The notes: generated from the sequence alone by a model not told the origin. A stretch of 45,462 nucleotides of DNA from Verrucomicrobiota bacterium (GCA_016283885.1 JAEENR010000096.1:1-45462), one strand, 5' to 3'; positions 36,387 to 45,462 are shown, counted from the first letter of the stretch. Translations and numbers: made by a program.

Positions 36387-36845
36387 TTATTTTTGATCTA
36401 ATGTGTTATTTTGTACTAAAGGGGGAGAATCTTGATTCGTTTTATGAATCTCGTGCGCTTTTTCTGTCCAAGTGATGATCCCGGCACCTGCGACGATCAA
36501 CAAAACACCAAACCAGCGCAGGGGAACGATTTCTTCACGAAGGATCAGCCATGCCGCAAGAGTCGTGAACACAAACCCCAGACTAGTCATTGGCCATATA
36601 AAACTCACCTGAGCCTGGCTCATCAGATAGAGCAGAGTGCCAAAGAACATGGCCTCAAAGAGAACTCCTAATAGGATGTTGCCGTTGCAGATACCTTTAA
36701 GGATGATTCGAGTGACTTCCTGAAAATTGATTTGATTTACTTCTCCGATTTGGTGAAGTCCGCGGTTTAGAAATACAACCCCAATGGCCTCCAATACGAG
36801 TCCAATTAGAAGCACAATAATGAGTTTATACATGGTATGCCGCAT
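36387..36845 (-). CDS. Small EamA/DMT-like integral membrane protein
   Basis: About 150 aa with 4-5 hydrophobic helices (LIIVLLIGLVLEAIGVVFL, FGVLLIVAGAGIITW). The start is ATG 36845 or 36833. Confidence 0.6.
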   Translation of the reverse strand: MRHTMYKLIIVLLIGLVLEAIGVVFLNRGLHQIGEVNQINFQEVTRIILKGICNGNILLGVLFEAMFFGTLLYLMSQAQVSFIWPMTSLGFVFTTLAAWLILREEIVPLRWFGVLLIVAGAGIITWTEKAHEIHKTNQDSPPLVQNNTLDQK

Positions 36846-36896
36846 TTTATGTGAATGCCGTTTTCACTTTTTGCGGCATTCACCAGCTATCAGCTG

Positions 36897-37526
36897 TTAA
36901 GGTTCCTCAGATTCAATGGGTTCCTCTTTCATCTTCTCAAGGATGTCCGCGGGGGCATTGGCATTGAGTTGCTTGAGGATATCTTCGGTCAAATCATATT
37001 GTCCATCGGTGTACAGAAGGATACGGCTGCGGTCGGCACTGTCGGCTCCCACATCGAAAACCATGGAATACTGCTCGCTTTTCGCGCGTTTGGCCACCAG
37101 TTCAGTGATTTCATCCATGATGTTCTTGCGGTAGCGGCGCTGCTGTTCCGAAAGAGCGGTGCGGGCGCTGCGTTCAAACTGTGTGATCATTGTCTCCAGC
37201 TTTTTGATTTCAACACGAAGATCTTCCGCGGCGGCACGGCGCTGAGCCTTTACCTCTTCGGTGATCGTGGGATCATCGATTTTTGCATAAGCCACGCTGT
37301 AATCATCAGTGAGCTTTTTATACTCATCTTGATATTTTTTGCTTTCAGCATCATATCCGGCCGCGAGTTCCTTGATTTGGATATCTGCTTGCTTAGTCTT
37401 AAAATATCCATCAAAAACTTTGCGGAGATTGATTGTAGCAATTTTCTGTGTTTGAGCGATAGCCGTTGTTTCACAGCAGAAACAAAGTGCTAAACAGGCA
37501 ATGAATACAGGTATGATTTTTTTCAT
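36897..37526 (-). CDS. OmpH/Skp-family periplasmic chaperone
   Basis: Signal peptide MKKIIPVFIACLALCF. KIATINLRKVFDGYFKT is followed by a long charged coiled-coil. It lies downstream of bamA. Confidence 0.8.
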   Translation of the reverse strand: MKKIIPVFIACLALCFCCETTAIAQTQKIATINLRKVFDGYFKTKQADIQIKELAAGYDAESKKYQDEYKKLTDDYSVAYAKIDDPTITEEVKAQRRAAAEDLRVEIKKLETMITQFERSARTALSEQQRRYRKNIMDEITELVAKRAKSEQYSMVFDVGADSADRSRILLYTDGQYDLTEDILKQLNANAPADILEKMKEEPIESEEP

Positions 37527-37537
37527 ATAAAAATAGT

Positions 37538-38143
37538 TTATTCAGTTTTTTTGTCAGCATCCGCGTTTAAAATGTCCAGAACCTCTTGTGTGATATCGTT
37601 CTTTCCAGATGTGAAAATAACGGGACGCTTGGGATCATCTTCATTGTAGGCAGTGTTCAAGACAAGAGTGTAGCCTTCGCTTTGGGCGCGCTTTGAAACG
37701 ACTTCTGTGATTTCGCTAATGATTTTAGCTCTCAGTCTGTTTTTTTCGCTGTCAAGAGTGCGAAGACCATCGGCTTTGAATTGAGCCATGTCTGTCTCTT
37801 GTTTTTTGCCTTTTTCATTAAGCTGTTTTGCCAACTCAGCGTTTTTAGCTTTTTCTTCTTCAGTGGCGGCGGGATCCTGGAGTTTTTTAATAACTCCAAT
37901 ATATTCTTCTTTTATCACTTTCAGATCCGCTTCAAATTGAATCCATTCCGCATTGTATTTCTCAGATAATTCAGATATCTGTTTATTGACCTGAGCTGTT
38001 TTGTAATACTCATTGAAAACTTTGACCATGTCAATGGTGGCAATCTTTTGAGATTGGGCACAGACTCCAATGGTAAGTGCAAAACAAACTGCAAGCGCGC
38101 AAATAACTTTGCAAACTGCTAATGATAAGATTAATTTTTTCAT
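37538..38143 (-). CDS. OmpH/Skp-family periplasmic chaperone (paralog)
   Basis: Signal peptide MKKLILSLAVCKVICALAV. KIATIDMVKVFNEYYKT parallels the neighbouring copy. ATG 38143 avoids the overlap with bamA that the longer track ORF creates. Confidence 0.8.
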   Translation of the reverse strand: MKKLILSLAVCKVICALAVCFALTIGVCAQSQKIATIDMVKVFNEYYKTAQVNKQISELSEKYNAEWIQFEADLKVIKEEYIGVIKKLQDPAATEEEKAKNAELAKQLNEKGKKQETDMAQFKADGLRTLDSEKNRLRAKIISEITEVVSKRAQSEGYTLVLNTAYNEDDPKRPVIFTSGKNDITQEVLDILNADADKKTE

Positions 38144-38165
38144 ACAAAATTTTATTCTCAATAGA

Positions 38166-40601
38166 TTAGAATTCACGAGTATAACCCACACTGAAATTGA
38201 ATCGTCCGCTGCTGCCTTCGTTTCTGCCGTTGATAGGGATACCATAGTCAAAGCGCAGAGGTCCGAGCATCGGGATATTCAAACGGACGCCGAGACCTAC
38301 GTCATCTGCCCATCCTAATTTGCCATACAGAGGATCTTTTCTGTGAGAAGGATCGAAATCATAAGCATCAGGATTGACCCAGCCGATATCATAGAATGCG
38401 GCGACCCTCAGATATTCCTCTATGATAGGGACAGAGTATTCCAAACTGCCGAAGACATAGGTTTGACCGCCGACAGGTTCGCCTTCAATGAGGGGGCCTA
38501 AATGACGGTATTTATAGCCGCGCATATCGTATGCACCACCTAAATAGAATTTTTCGTAGAATGGGATATGATCGGATTTATCATAATTATCCATAGTTCC
38601 GATGCGTCCCATCACTTCCAGTACATCACCTTCGCCGATACCCTTGAAGTACCAAGAGGTTCTCAATTCCAATTTGTAGAAACTGAAATCGCCTCCAAAA
38701 GGTCCACCTGCTACTTGCGGCAGAAATTCTGTACGCTGACCGCCATTCGGAAGCATAGTGGAATTGCGGGTGTCGTATGCAATGGAGGGCATCACCTTGG
38801 AAATCAAATTGGAGCCCTGATCTTGGCGAATGACATAAGGTGCTTTCGATGTGACGTGGTTGATATTCACGTTCTCAAGCGAGTAAGCAAGTCCACCGAT
38901 CCAGAAGTCGTTCCAAAGGGTACGGGTCAATCCAACTTTACCACCCAGAATCTCTTCTTCGTATTCGTCAGAATAGTAACTGATTTGTCTCCAGTATAAA
39001 TCTGTACTCAACGCAAGTTTGCGGCCAAACAGCCACGGTTCGACAAAGGACAGGATATAGTCATGTCGTTTCGTACCAATAGTAGCGCGCAGACGCATTT
39101 TCTGACCTCCACCCATGAAGTAGGGTGGTTTGAATAAATCGAAATTGCTCTGAGAAACTTCAGCGTAACCGAACAGATTATCAACAGTACTGAAGCCTGC
39201 GCCAATCATGAAGTTGGCGGTATCCTTTTCTTCGATGTTGATAACCAAATCTTTACGATCCGGGATATCAGTCGGTTCCGGCTGCGGATCTACTTTGGAG
39301 AAATATTGCAGCCCTTCCAGACGGCGTTTACTCAGTTTGACACGAGTCATGTCAAAAATTTCACCCGGAGTGATAGCTAATTCCCTGCGTATGACTTTGT
39401 CTTTAGTTTTGGTGTTGCCTCGTATCTCGATTTTCTCAACGTAAGATTTATCAAATTCTTCGATTCGATAGATAAGATCCATCGTAGAGTTTTCAACATT
39501 AGGTATCTTTACCGCATTGACCATCACATCGATATAGCCGCGGGAACCGTAGTAATCTTCAATTGCTTCGATATCAGCGGCGAGCCCTTTCGGAGAGAAA
39601 ACGCTGCCTTCCAGCATAGACATCTTGGACAGATTTCCTTCTGTGTAAACACCGCGGAAAATCTCATCTGAACTAAAGAGCTTATTGCCCTCAAAGGATA
39701 TCTTGCCTACATGATACTGCTGGCCTTCCTCGATATCGAAGTGGACGATCATTCGTTTATCACTAATAACATCGGAATTGATGTCATTGATCTTAAAGTC
39801 GAGATAACCTTCATTGTGATAGAAGGTTGTCAGTTTTTCCTGATCTTCAGCTACCTGATCATCTTTTAAAGTGCCACTGCCAGTGATGAAGGAGAGAAAC
39901 CAGAATTTACGAGTTTTTACGACTTTGCGTAATTTCTTCTGTTTGAAAGCGCTGGCTCCATCGAAGAGAACTTTTTTGATTTTGATTTTAGGAGCTTCTA
40001 CGATTTCAAATATCACACTTGCCCGGCCTGCTTTTTCATCCACATTAGTGGTATATTTAACAGTTGTCTTCTGACGGCCGCTGCGTTGGTATTTCTTTAA
40101 AATTTCACGGGTATCTTTAAAAAGCTTGTGTTCATCCAGAGGCGCACCCACTTTGGATGAGACTTTTTTCATCAAAGAGCGTTTCTTGATATGTTCATTT
40201 CCTATGAATTGAATATCTGTGATAATGGGTTTTGCCTGAACAAAGAACGTCAGATTGACATCTCCGGCTCCGGTATCTTCTTCACCCACACGGATATTAT
40301 AGAAATATCCTGTGGAATAGAGGTTTTTGATACTGTCATCTATAACCGTTCGCACATAATTATCCCCTGGTTTAATGCGAATATTAGAGCGGATGTAGTC
40401 ATCATTAACGGCCTGTGGACCCACATGGGTGATAGTGATCTTCTGAACAGTCGTATTTTCATAGGACGGCTGTGCCGAGATACCTTGTGCCCACGTAAGA
40501 GATTGTCCGCTAAGCAATAGCAGAGCAGAAACAATGGCACAGAGTCTGATTTTTTTCTTCATCTGAGGTTCAATGAGATACACCACACGAAGTTTTCGCA
40601 T
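38166..40601 (-). CDS. bamA: Outer membrane protein assembly factor BamA
   Basis: Repeated POTRA-like units, a C-terminal beta-barrel, and a terminal aromatic beta-signal ...RFNFSVGYTREF. An alternative start at ATG 40562 (MKKKIRLCAIV) is possible. Confidence 0.9.
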   Translation of the reverse strand: MRKLRVVYLIEPQMKKKIRLCAIVSALLLLSGQSLTWAQGISAQPSYENTTVQKITITHVGPQAVNDDYIRSNIRIKPGDNYVRTVIDDSIKNLYSTGYFYNIRVGEEDTGAGDVNLTFFVQAKPIITDIQFIGNEHIKKRSLMKKVSSKVGAPLDEHKLFKDTREILKKYQRSGRQKTTVKYTTNVDEKAGRASVIFEIVEAPKIKIKKVLFDGASAFKQKKLRKVVKTRKFWFLSFITGSGTLKDDQVAEDQEKLTTFYHNEGYLDFKINDINSDVISDKRMIVHFDIEEGQQYHVGKISFEGNKLFSSDEIFRGVYTEGNLSKMSMLEGSVFSPKGLAADIEAIEDYYGSRGYIDVMVNAVKIPNVENSTMDLIYRIEEFDKSYVEKIEIRGNTKTKDKVIRRELAITPGEIFDMTRVKLSKRRLEGLQYFSKVDPQPEPTDIPDRKDLVINIEEKDTANFMIGAGFSTVDNLFGYAEVSQSNFDLFKPPYFMGGGQKMRLRATIGTKRHDYILSFVEPWLFGRKLALSTDLYWRQISYYSDEYEEEILGGKVGLTRTLWNDFWIGGLAYSLENVNINHVTSKAPYVIRQDQGSNLISKVMPSIAYDTRNSTMLPNGGQRTEFLPQVAGGPFGGDFSFYKLELRTSWYFKGIGEGDVLEVMGRIGTMDNYDKSDHIPFYEKFYLGGAYDMRGYKYRHLGPLIEGEPVGGQTYVFGSLEYSVPIIEEYLRVAAFYDIGWVNPDAYDFDPSHRKDPLYGKLGWADDVGLGVRLNIPMLGPLRFDYGIPINGRNEGSSGRFNFSVGYTREF

Positions 40602-40630
40602 AGTGCCCTCGATTCTATGTGGTTCTACGG

Positions 40631-42244
40631 TTATTGTACATCTTCTGGACGTACACGAGTAGGATTAACAAATCGAGTGTAATTTTTCAAGAAAATAAGG
40701 TCAACATCGCCAGTTGGACCGTTTCTTTGTTTGGCGATGATCAGTTTGATGGGAACCGTGGTTTCCTTGTTTTGAGTGTTTTGTTCTTCATCTTCATCTT
40801 TGGAATAGTGGTCTTCTGCCTTATTATTAGGACGATAGATGAGTAAGACGATATCCGCATCCTGTTCGATAGCTCCGGATTCACGGAGGTCAGACAGACG
40901 AGGCTGGCGGTTTTTTTCTTTTTCCACGTCACGGTTGAGCTGGCTCAGAACAATGACCGGAACTTTGAGTTCTTTGGCTAAACTTTTGATATTGTTTGAA
41001 ATATCCGCAATTTCCTGCTGGCGGTTGTCTCCTTTTTGATTCACGGAGGAGTGCAGCAGCTGCAAATAGTCTATAACGAAAAGTTTGATGCCTTTTTCCA
41101 TCATACGCCGCGCCCGGCTGCGCAGATTCAAAATGCTTAATCCCGGAGTGTCATCAATATAGACCGGGGCAGAAGCCAGTTTAGAGGCTTCATTGGTCAT
41201 GTGCATAAAGTCCTGGTTGGTCAAAGTTCCGTTACGGATGGACTGCATACTGACTTGTGCCCGGGAACAAAGCATACGCATGACCAGTGACTCCGCTGTC
41301 ATTTCAAGACTGAACACGCCCACCGGCTGATTTAATTCAATGGCGGCGTGTTCGGCGATATTCATAGCCAGAGATGTTTTGCCCATAGAAGGACGAGCTG
41401 CGATAACAACCATTTCTCCCTCATGCAGACCGGAAGTCATTTTATCCAGTTGTGGAAAACCTGTAGCCAGTCCGGTGAGCTCTCCCTTGCGCATCACATA
41501 GTTTTGAATGGTGGTAAATGCATTCTTTACGAGCTCTTTCATTGTGGAGGATGAAGCGTGAACCCATTCGCCGTTGATGCGCAGGATCTCTTTTTCCGCT
41601 TTATCCAGAAGAACTTCTACATCTGACGGATCGGAATAAACATCTTCGGCCAGAACCGTACAGGTTTGAACAAGACTGCGCAAAAGATACTTCTCGCGAA
41701 CAATATCCAGATAATACTCCATGTTCAGTGGAGAAGGAGGAGCATCTTTTAGGCTGGAAACGTAAGCAATACCACCAGCGGCATCAAGAAGACCGCGATC
41801 GTTCAAACGTTGGATCAGTGTCAAATCATCAATGGGGACATGTTCGTCATTCATTGCGAGAATTTGGGAAATGAGAGTCTGATGACGAACATCATAGAAT
41901 ATATTTTCTAAGTTATCCTTGCCATTGAGTTTTGAAACGAGTAGATCCAGATTCTCTTTGGGTGCGAGCATGATACACCCCAAGACACCTTGTTCAGCTT
42001 CGATAGAGCATGGAATTTGACGTTGAGGAGGTTGTATGCCGTTTGTGTCTGAACGAGAGGAAGCTGTATGACTTTTGCGTCCGCGCCCGCGTATTCCTTT
42101 TTTAGCGGGTGTGGACATCATTTCCGCCGGCGTAGTCAGATTTACTTCCTCTGGAGGAATAGGATTATATTCAGAGGATTCCGGTGGATTCGCGGGGATT
42201 CCATCAGGAACTTCATTGTTTGAATTGTCACTCGTCACACTCAC
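40631..42244 (-). CDS. dnaB: Replicative DNA helicase DnaB with an extended low-complexity N-terminus
   Basis: Motifs SIEAEQGVLG, Walker A ARPSMGKTSLAMN, FVIDYLQLL and IAKQRNGPTG. About 75 residues precede the conserved SIEAEQ motif. Confidence 0.93.
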   Translation of the reverse strand: MSVTSDNSNNEVPDGIPANPPESSEYNPIPPEEVNLTTPAEMMSTPAKKGIRGRGRKSHTASSRSDTNGIQPPQRQIPCSIEAEQGVLGCIMLAPKENLDLLVSKLNGKDNLENIFYDVRHQTLISQILAMNDEHVPIDDLTLIQRLNDRGLLDAAGGIAYVSSLKDAPPSPLNMEYYLDIVREKYLLRSLVQTCTVLAEDVYSDPSDVEVLLDKAEKEILRINGEWVHASSSTMKELVKNAFTTIQNYVMRKGELTGLATGFPQLDKMTSGLHEGEMVVIAARPSMGKTSLAMNIAEHAAIELNQPVGVFSLEMTAESLVMRMLCSRAQVSMQSIRNGTLTNQDFMHMTNEASKLASAPVYIDDTPGLSILNLRSRARRMMEKGIKLFVIDYLQLLHSSVNQKGDNRQQEIADISNNIKSLAKELKVPVIVLSQLNRDVEKEKNRQPRLSDLRESGAIEQDADIVLLIYRPNNKAEDHYSKDEDEEQNTQNKETTVPIKLIIAKQRNGPTGDVDLIFLKNYTRFVNPTRVRPEDVQ

Positions 42245-42323
42245 GAATCAGAGCTTTACACAACGAACTGGGGATGTCAAAAACATGAACGAAAAAGTTA
42301 TTCACAACTTGCTGTGAAAAACA

Positions 42324-44138
42324 TTACAACAGGGGTGAGCTTTTGATCTGCCGGATACGTTCTTTTTGCTGAAGTAATTGAAGTTGTTCATCTAAAGAAA
42401 TTCCGGGTTTCAGCAGTTGCTGGTTGACGTTTCTCAGCAGACGATCGCAGTGTTTATTGCGCAAGGTCAAAAGAAGTTCCTGCAGCTGGCGTTCCTTTTC
42501 CGGAATGTTTTCTTCTGTTTGTACCAGAGTCTCATAAAGGAACTGTTGAACATTTGGGGAGGGAAATGCTTTCAATAGAGCATTTTGAGACCATTCTCCG
42601 GCAGTGTGCAGATCCAGGATATAAGTGATGATCTCTCTTACTGATTTGTTTTCAACCCATTCCGGCTGAAAATATTGACTGACCCAATTCCATTGAGACT
42701 CATTCATTAGGAGAAGCTTCAGGAGCCAGCGATCCTGTTTGGACGGGGAAATGAATTCTTCTTCATCTATAAGCTCATCATTTTCATCAATTTCTTCTGA
42801 AACAGGTATTTCTGTATATCTTCTTTCAGAATACTGTGGGATGCGCTTAAACTGGTCTAAAATCGTTTGTGTGCTGACATTGAGCAAGTTAGCTGTTTTT
42901 TGAGCATAAGTATCTGTCAGTAGTGGCTGGTCAGCCTTATTCAAGGCTTCACCCATTGCCTGGACAATTTGTAAGCGGCCTGAGTCAGAATCCTTGTTGT
43001 GATGCTGGCAAAGATAGGCAAGGTAGAAATCGAAAAATTGATGAGCTGTGCTGAGCAGTTTCCCAAAGGCTTCCGCTCCATAAGCTTTAATAAATGAATC
43101 CGGATCATGTTGGTCGGGCAGGAACAGGACTTTCATGCTGAGTTCAGATTTAATGAGAATGTCAAAAGCCTTTACGATAGCATTTTGACCGGCATTGTCA
43201 CCATCAAAACACAGGACAACTTCCGGTGCGAAACGCTTGAGTAGGCGAGCCTGATCCATGGTAAAGGCGGTTCCCTGCGGGGCTACGACATTCCGAAAAC
43301 CCGCGGCATGACAACTGATGAGATCCAGCTGACCTTCGCAGACGATGGAGTATTTTTTCTGAGTGATCTCCCGTTTGGCCCGGTCAAGACCGTAGATGAC
43401 TTTTCCTTTGTGGAAAAGAGGTGTTTCGGGAGAATTGACGTATTTACCCATTTTGTCATCCGGATAGAGAACACGAGCACTGAAAGCGATCACATGTCCC
43501 TGATCGTCACAGATAGGGAACATCAGCCGACCCCGAAATCGTCCATAGAGTCCGGAAGTGTTTTTTTCATCAGATTGTCGCGCGAGGGCCAGTCCCGATT
43601 CAACCAAATGGTTCATATCCAGATGGAGCCGCTGAGCCATAACGGGGATGTCTTCCCAGAGCTTAGGAGCGTATCCCAAGCGGAAATCTTCGATGGATTG
43701 AGCCGAGACACCCCTCTTTTCTAAATAATCACGGGCGATTTGACCTTCCGCACTGGTCAGCAGCTGACGATGCCAGTATTGCGTGAACTCCTCGTGGATC
43801 CTCAGCATGGATTCTTTGACAGAGCGTTTCAGGGAAGATTCGCTGTTGTCTTCCGGAACTTCAATGCCGACCCTTTCTCCCAGGCGGCGAATAGCTTCGG
43901 GATAGTGGATGTGTTCATATTCGCACAGGAATTTGAAAACATCGCCTCCTTTGTGGCAGCCATGACAGTAAAACATTTGCTTCTGTGGAACGACGTAGAA
44001 GCTGGGAGTCTTTTCATTGTGGAAGGGGCATAGCGCGACAAATTCGCTGCCTTTCTTTTTCAAGGGCAGATAGGCACTGATGACTTCGACAATATCATTA
44101 GCGTCACGAATTTGATCTATGATGACTTCCGGGATCAT
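42324..44138 (-). CDS. dnaG: DNA primase
   Basis: Zinc ribbon CPFHNEKTPSFYV...YCHGCHKGGD. TOPRIM motifs IVCEGQLD and CFDGDNAGQNA. Confidence 0.93.
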   Translation of the reverse strand: MIPEVIIDQIRDANDIVEVISAYLPLKKKGSEFVALCPFHNEKTPSFYVVPQKQMFYCHGCHKGGDVFKFLCEYEHIHYPEAIRRLGERVGIEVPEDNSESSLKRSVKESMLRIHEEFTQYWHRQLLTSAEGQIARDYLEKRGVSAQSIEDFRLGYAPKLWEDIPVMAQRLHLDMNHLVESGLALARQSDEKNTSGLYGRFRGRLMFPICDDQGHVIAFSARVLYPDDKMGKYVNSPETPLFHKGKVIYGLDRAKREITQKKYSIVCEGQLDLISCHAAGFRNVVAPQGTAFTMDQARLLKRFAPEVVLCFDGDNAGQNAIVKAFDILIKSELSMKVLFLPDQHDPDSFIKAYGAEAFGKLLSTAHQFFDFYLAYLCQHHNKDSDSGRLQIVQAMGEALNKADQPLLTDTYAQKTANLLNVSTQTILDQFKRIPQYSERRYTEIPVSEEIDENDELIDEEEFISPSKQDRWLLKLLLMNESQWNWVSQYFQPEWVENKSVREIITYILDLHTAGEWSQNALLKAFPSPNVQQFLYETLVQTEENIPEKERQLQELLLTLRNKHCDRLLRNVNQQLLKPGISLDEQLQLLQQKERIRQIKSSPLL

Positions 44139-44156
44139 GCGGAGCAGATTGGAAAT

Positions 44157-44786
44157 TTATTTCTTTTTATCCTCTTTATAAAGTGTGTTTTGAATCAATT
44201 TATTGTTACGGAGAACAAAAGCATGATATTCCAAAGCGGCCATTAGGAATGTTGCACTGATCTCATTTAAATCATAGAGAATAACTTGCAGCCAGTCTTT
44301 GCTGCAGATGGTAAAATTGATATTAAAAATCATTTCGGCCAGCTGAGTTGGCTTTTTATAGAAAGGCAGAGCGTGTCGGATATCCAGAATAGAACGGATA
44401 GGGGTTTCCTTATCGATTTGGCTGGCATAATAAAAGTTATCGATATGATCGCTGATCTGCAACGGGTCATCCGGATTGAAAATGGTTTCAGCTTTGGCTG
44501 GATCCGTAAAGAAAAAGTGTTCAGGGTTTTGAAGATGAACTGCCTCAGTGGGATGTTTTTTTTCGTAAAGGTGGATCAAGGCTTCCTGAACCGGCTCCGA
44601 AAGGAAACAGTTTTGACGGTTTTGGACCAGTAATCCTGCGCGGAGGATCCTCATGATCGTTGGCAGTACGGAATCCAGATCTTCATAAAGAATGGCAATA
44701 GAGGTTCCCCAGTTGCAGGAATATCCTTGGAAACCGAGGTCTAAAATCCCTCTTGGAGAGGTCCATATATGACGAGACGCGCTCAT
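44157..44786 (-). CDS. Hypothetical 209-aa protein, possibly MEDS-domain-like
   Basis: It ends 18 nt upstream of dnaG on the same strand. Weak pattern resemblance to MEDS: SIAILYEDLDSVLPTIMRILRAGLLVQNRQNCFL near the N-terminus, and ILYDLNEIS...EYHAFVLRNNKLIQNTLY near the C-terminus. The family call is from memory and is tentative. Confidence 0.4.
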   Translation of the reverse strand: MSASRHIWTSPRGILDLGFQGYSCNWGTSIAILYEDLDSVLPTIMRILRAGLLVQNRQNCFLSEPVQEALIHLYEKKHPTEAVHLQNPEHFFFTDPAKAETIFNPDDPLQISDHIDNFYYASQIDKETPIRSILDIRHALPFYKKPTQLAEMIFNINFTICSKDWLQVILYDLNEISATFLMAALEYHAFVLRNNKLIQNTLYKEDKKK

Positions 44787-44865
44787 ATCCGCTAAAAGTA
44801 TAGCCCAGCGGGAAGCGGTTGTACAATTCGGAATTCACGCTTGTGTTGAAATCTGGAGATTAAGC

Positions 44866-44894
44866 TTGCCTAACCTCCCAATTTGCTGTAACTT
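44866..44894 (+). promoter_or_regulatory. Candidate promoter for rnpB
   Basis: TTGCCT (44866-44871), a 17-nt spacer, then TAACTT (44889-44894). The predicted start falls about 5-8 nt later, coinciding with the inferred P1 5-prime strand. Pattern match only. Confidence 0.3.
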
Positions 44895-44898
44895 AGTG

Positions 44899-45278
44899 TT
44901 GGCTTTGGGGTAACGGAAGGTCGCTCATGAGAAATCATGGGAGGAAAGTCCGAACGCCGCAGGACAGGATGCCGTCTAACCTGTGTGAACGGGATACAGA
45001 CGGGGGGACAGCGTCAAGGCTGTTTCACGGAGAGTGCCGCAGAGAATATACCGCCTTGCAAGAGGTAAGGGTGAAAAGGTAGCTTAAGAGACTACCGCCC
45101 GGGGAGTAATCCGCGGGGCAGGGAAAACCCCATCCGGCGCAAGACCAAATAGGGAATCCTTGAAGTGGTCCGTTTCATGGTGAAAACCGGGATTTCGGGT
45201 TAGGTTGCTTAGAGAAATGATCTTCTCCATTCGCAAGAATGCAGACAGAATTCGGCTTACAGTTCCCCATAGCCAATT
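44899..45278 (+). ncRNA. rnpB: RNase P RNA, bacterial type A
   Basis: Conserved blocks read directly: GGGAGGAAAGTCCGAAC (from 44939), GGTAAGGGTGAAAAGGT, CAAGACCAAATAGG, ACAGAATTCGGCTTAC (45245-45260). The 5-prime TTGGCTTTGGGG pairs with the 3-prime CCCCATAGCCAA to form P1. Ends are uncertain by about 10 nt. Confidence 0.9.
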
Positions 45279-45321
45279 TGCTAAACGATGTTTTTAATTT
45301 TTAACTAATAATGGATTTATT

Positions 45322-45462
45322 ATGAATAGACGACATTTTTTTAAAATGGCTGCCGTGGGATTAGGTGGCCTGAGCCTTTCGTCCGTAACTCAAAACGTGT
45401 CAGCCAAGGAGAGCAGTGGTAAGCCTTGGCCGTTCAAGATCGGATGCGCCGGATACACTTTC
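45322..45462 (+). CDS. Tat-signal protein, N-terminal fragment (possibly a sugar phosphate isomerase/epimerase-type TIM barrel); truncated by the window end
   Basis: MNRRHFFKMAAVGLGGLSLSSV carries a twin-arginine motif (RRHFFK). The mature start ...FKIGCAGYTF resembles xylose-isomerase-like TIM-barrel proteins. Only 47 codons are visible. Confidence 0.6.
   Translation, partial: MNRRHFFKMAAVGLGGLSLSSVTQNVSAKESSGKPWPFKIGCAGYTF

Noticed and set aside
44878-45282. A 10-nt direct repeat CCAATTTGCT flanking rnpB (44878-44887 and 45273-45282), reminiscent of target-site duplications.
   Set aside because: A 10-mer match at this distance is expected by chance several times in a 45-kb window. The second copy is part of the P1 helix. 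There is no mobile-element content between or beside the copies.

Overview
This is a dense, mostly housekeeping chromosomal segment. I call 41 protein-coding genes and one RNA gene (RNase P RNA). I see no rRNA, tRNA, CRISPR array, transposase, integrase, reverse transcriptase, phage module or recognisable defence gene. Gene content suggests a PVC-superphylum organism (Lentisphaerota, Verrucomicrobiota or Kiritimatiellota-like); this is inference only. It rests on an FGE-sulfatase-fold protein, a DUF1080 protein, a Tat-signal protein, tandem Skp genes after bamA, and secreted glycosidases. Plus-strand block 1..27311: FGE-sulfatase protein, two tandem NagB-family genes, DUF1080, rph, (aroF on minus), ispF, HAD hydrolase, MFS, acylphosphatase, metallophosphoesterase, GT9 heptosyltransferase, (GH29 fucosidase on minus), a three-gene secreted glycosidase operon, hisG, an unlisted 33-codon bS22-like ORF, a TPR protein, (a 118-aa orphan on minus), two class-I aminotransferases and thiC. 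Minus-strand run 44786..27318, about 17.5 kb with one real gap: MEDS-like protein, dnaG, dnaB, bamA, skp, skp, small DMT protein, yebC, proS, HIT, phoH, ybeY, then a MacAB-type efflux operon. The window ends with rnpB and the 5-prime end of a Tat-signal protein. I found no convincing novel multi-gene system. The best leads are the glycosidase locus with two large secreted proteins I cannot assign to a family, the unlisted bS22-like micro-ORF, a MEDS-like protein leading the dnaG-dnaB pair, a low-GC Cys/His-containing orphan, and thiC without a visible TPP riboswitch. All family calls come from motifs read in the translations. No database search was run.
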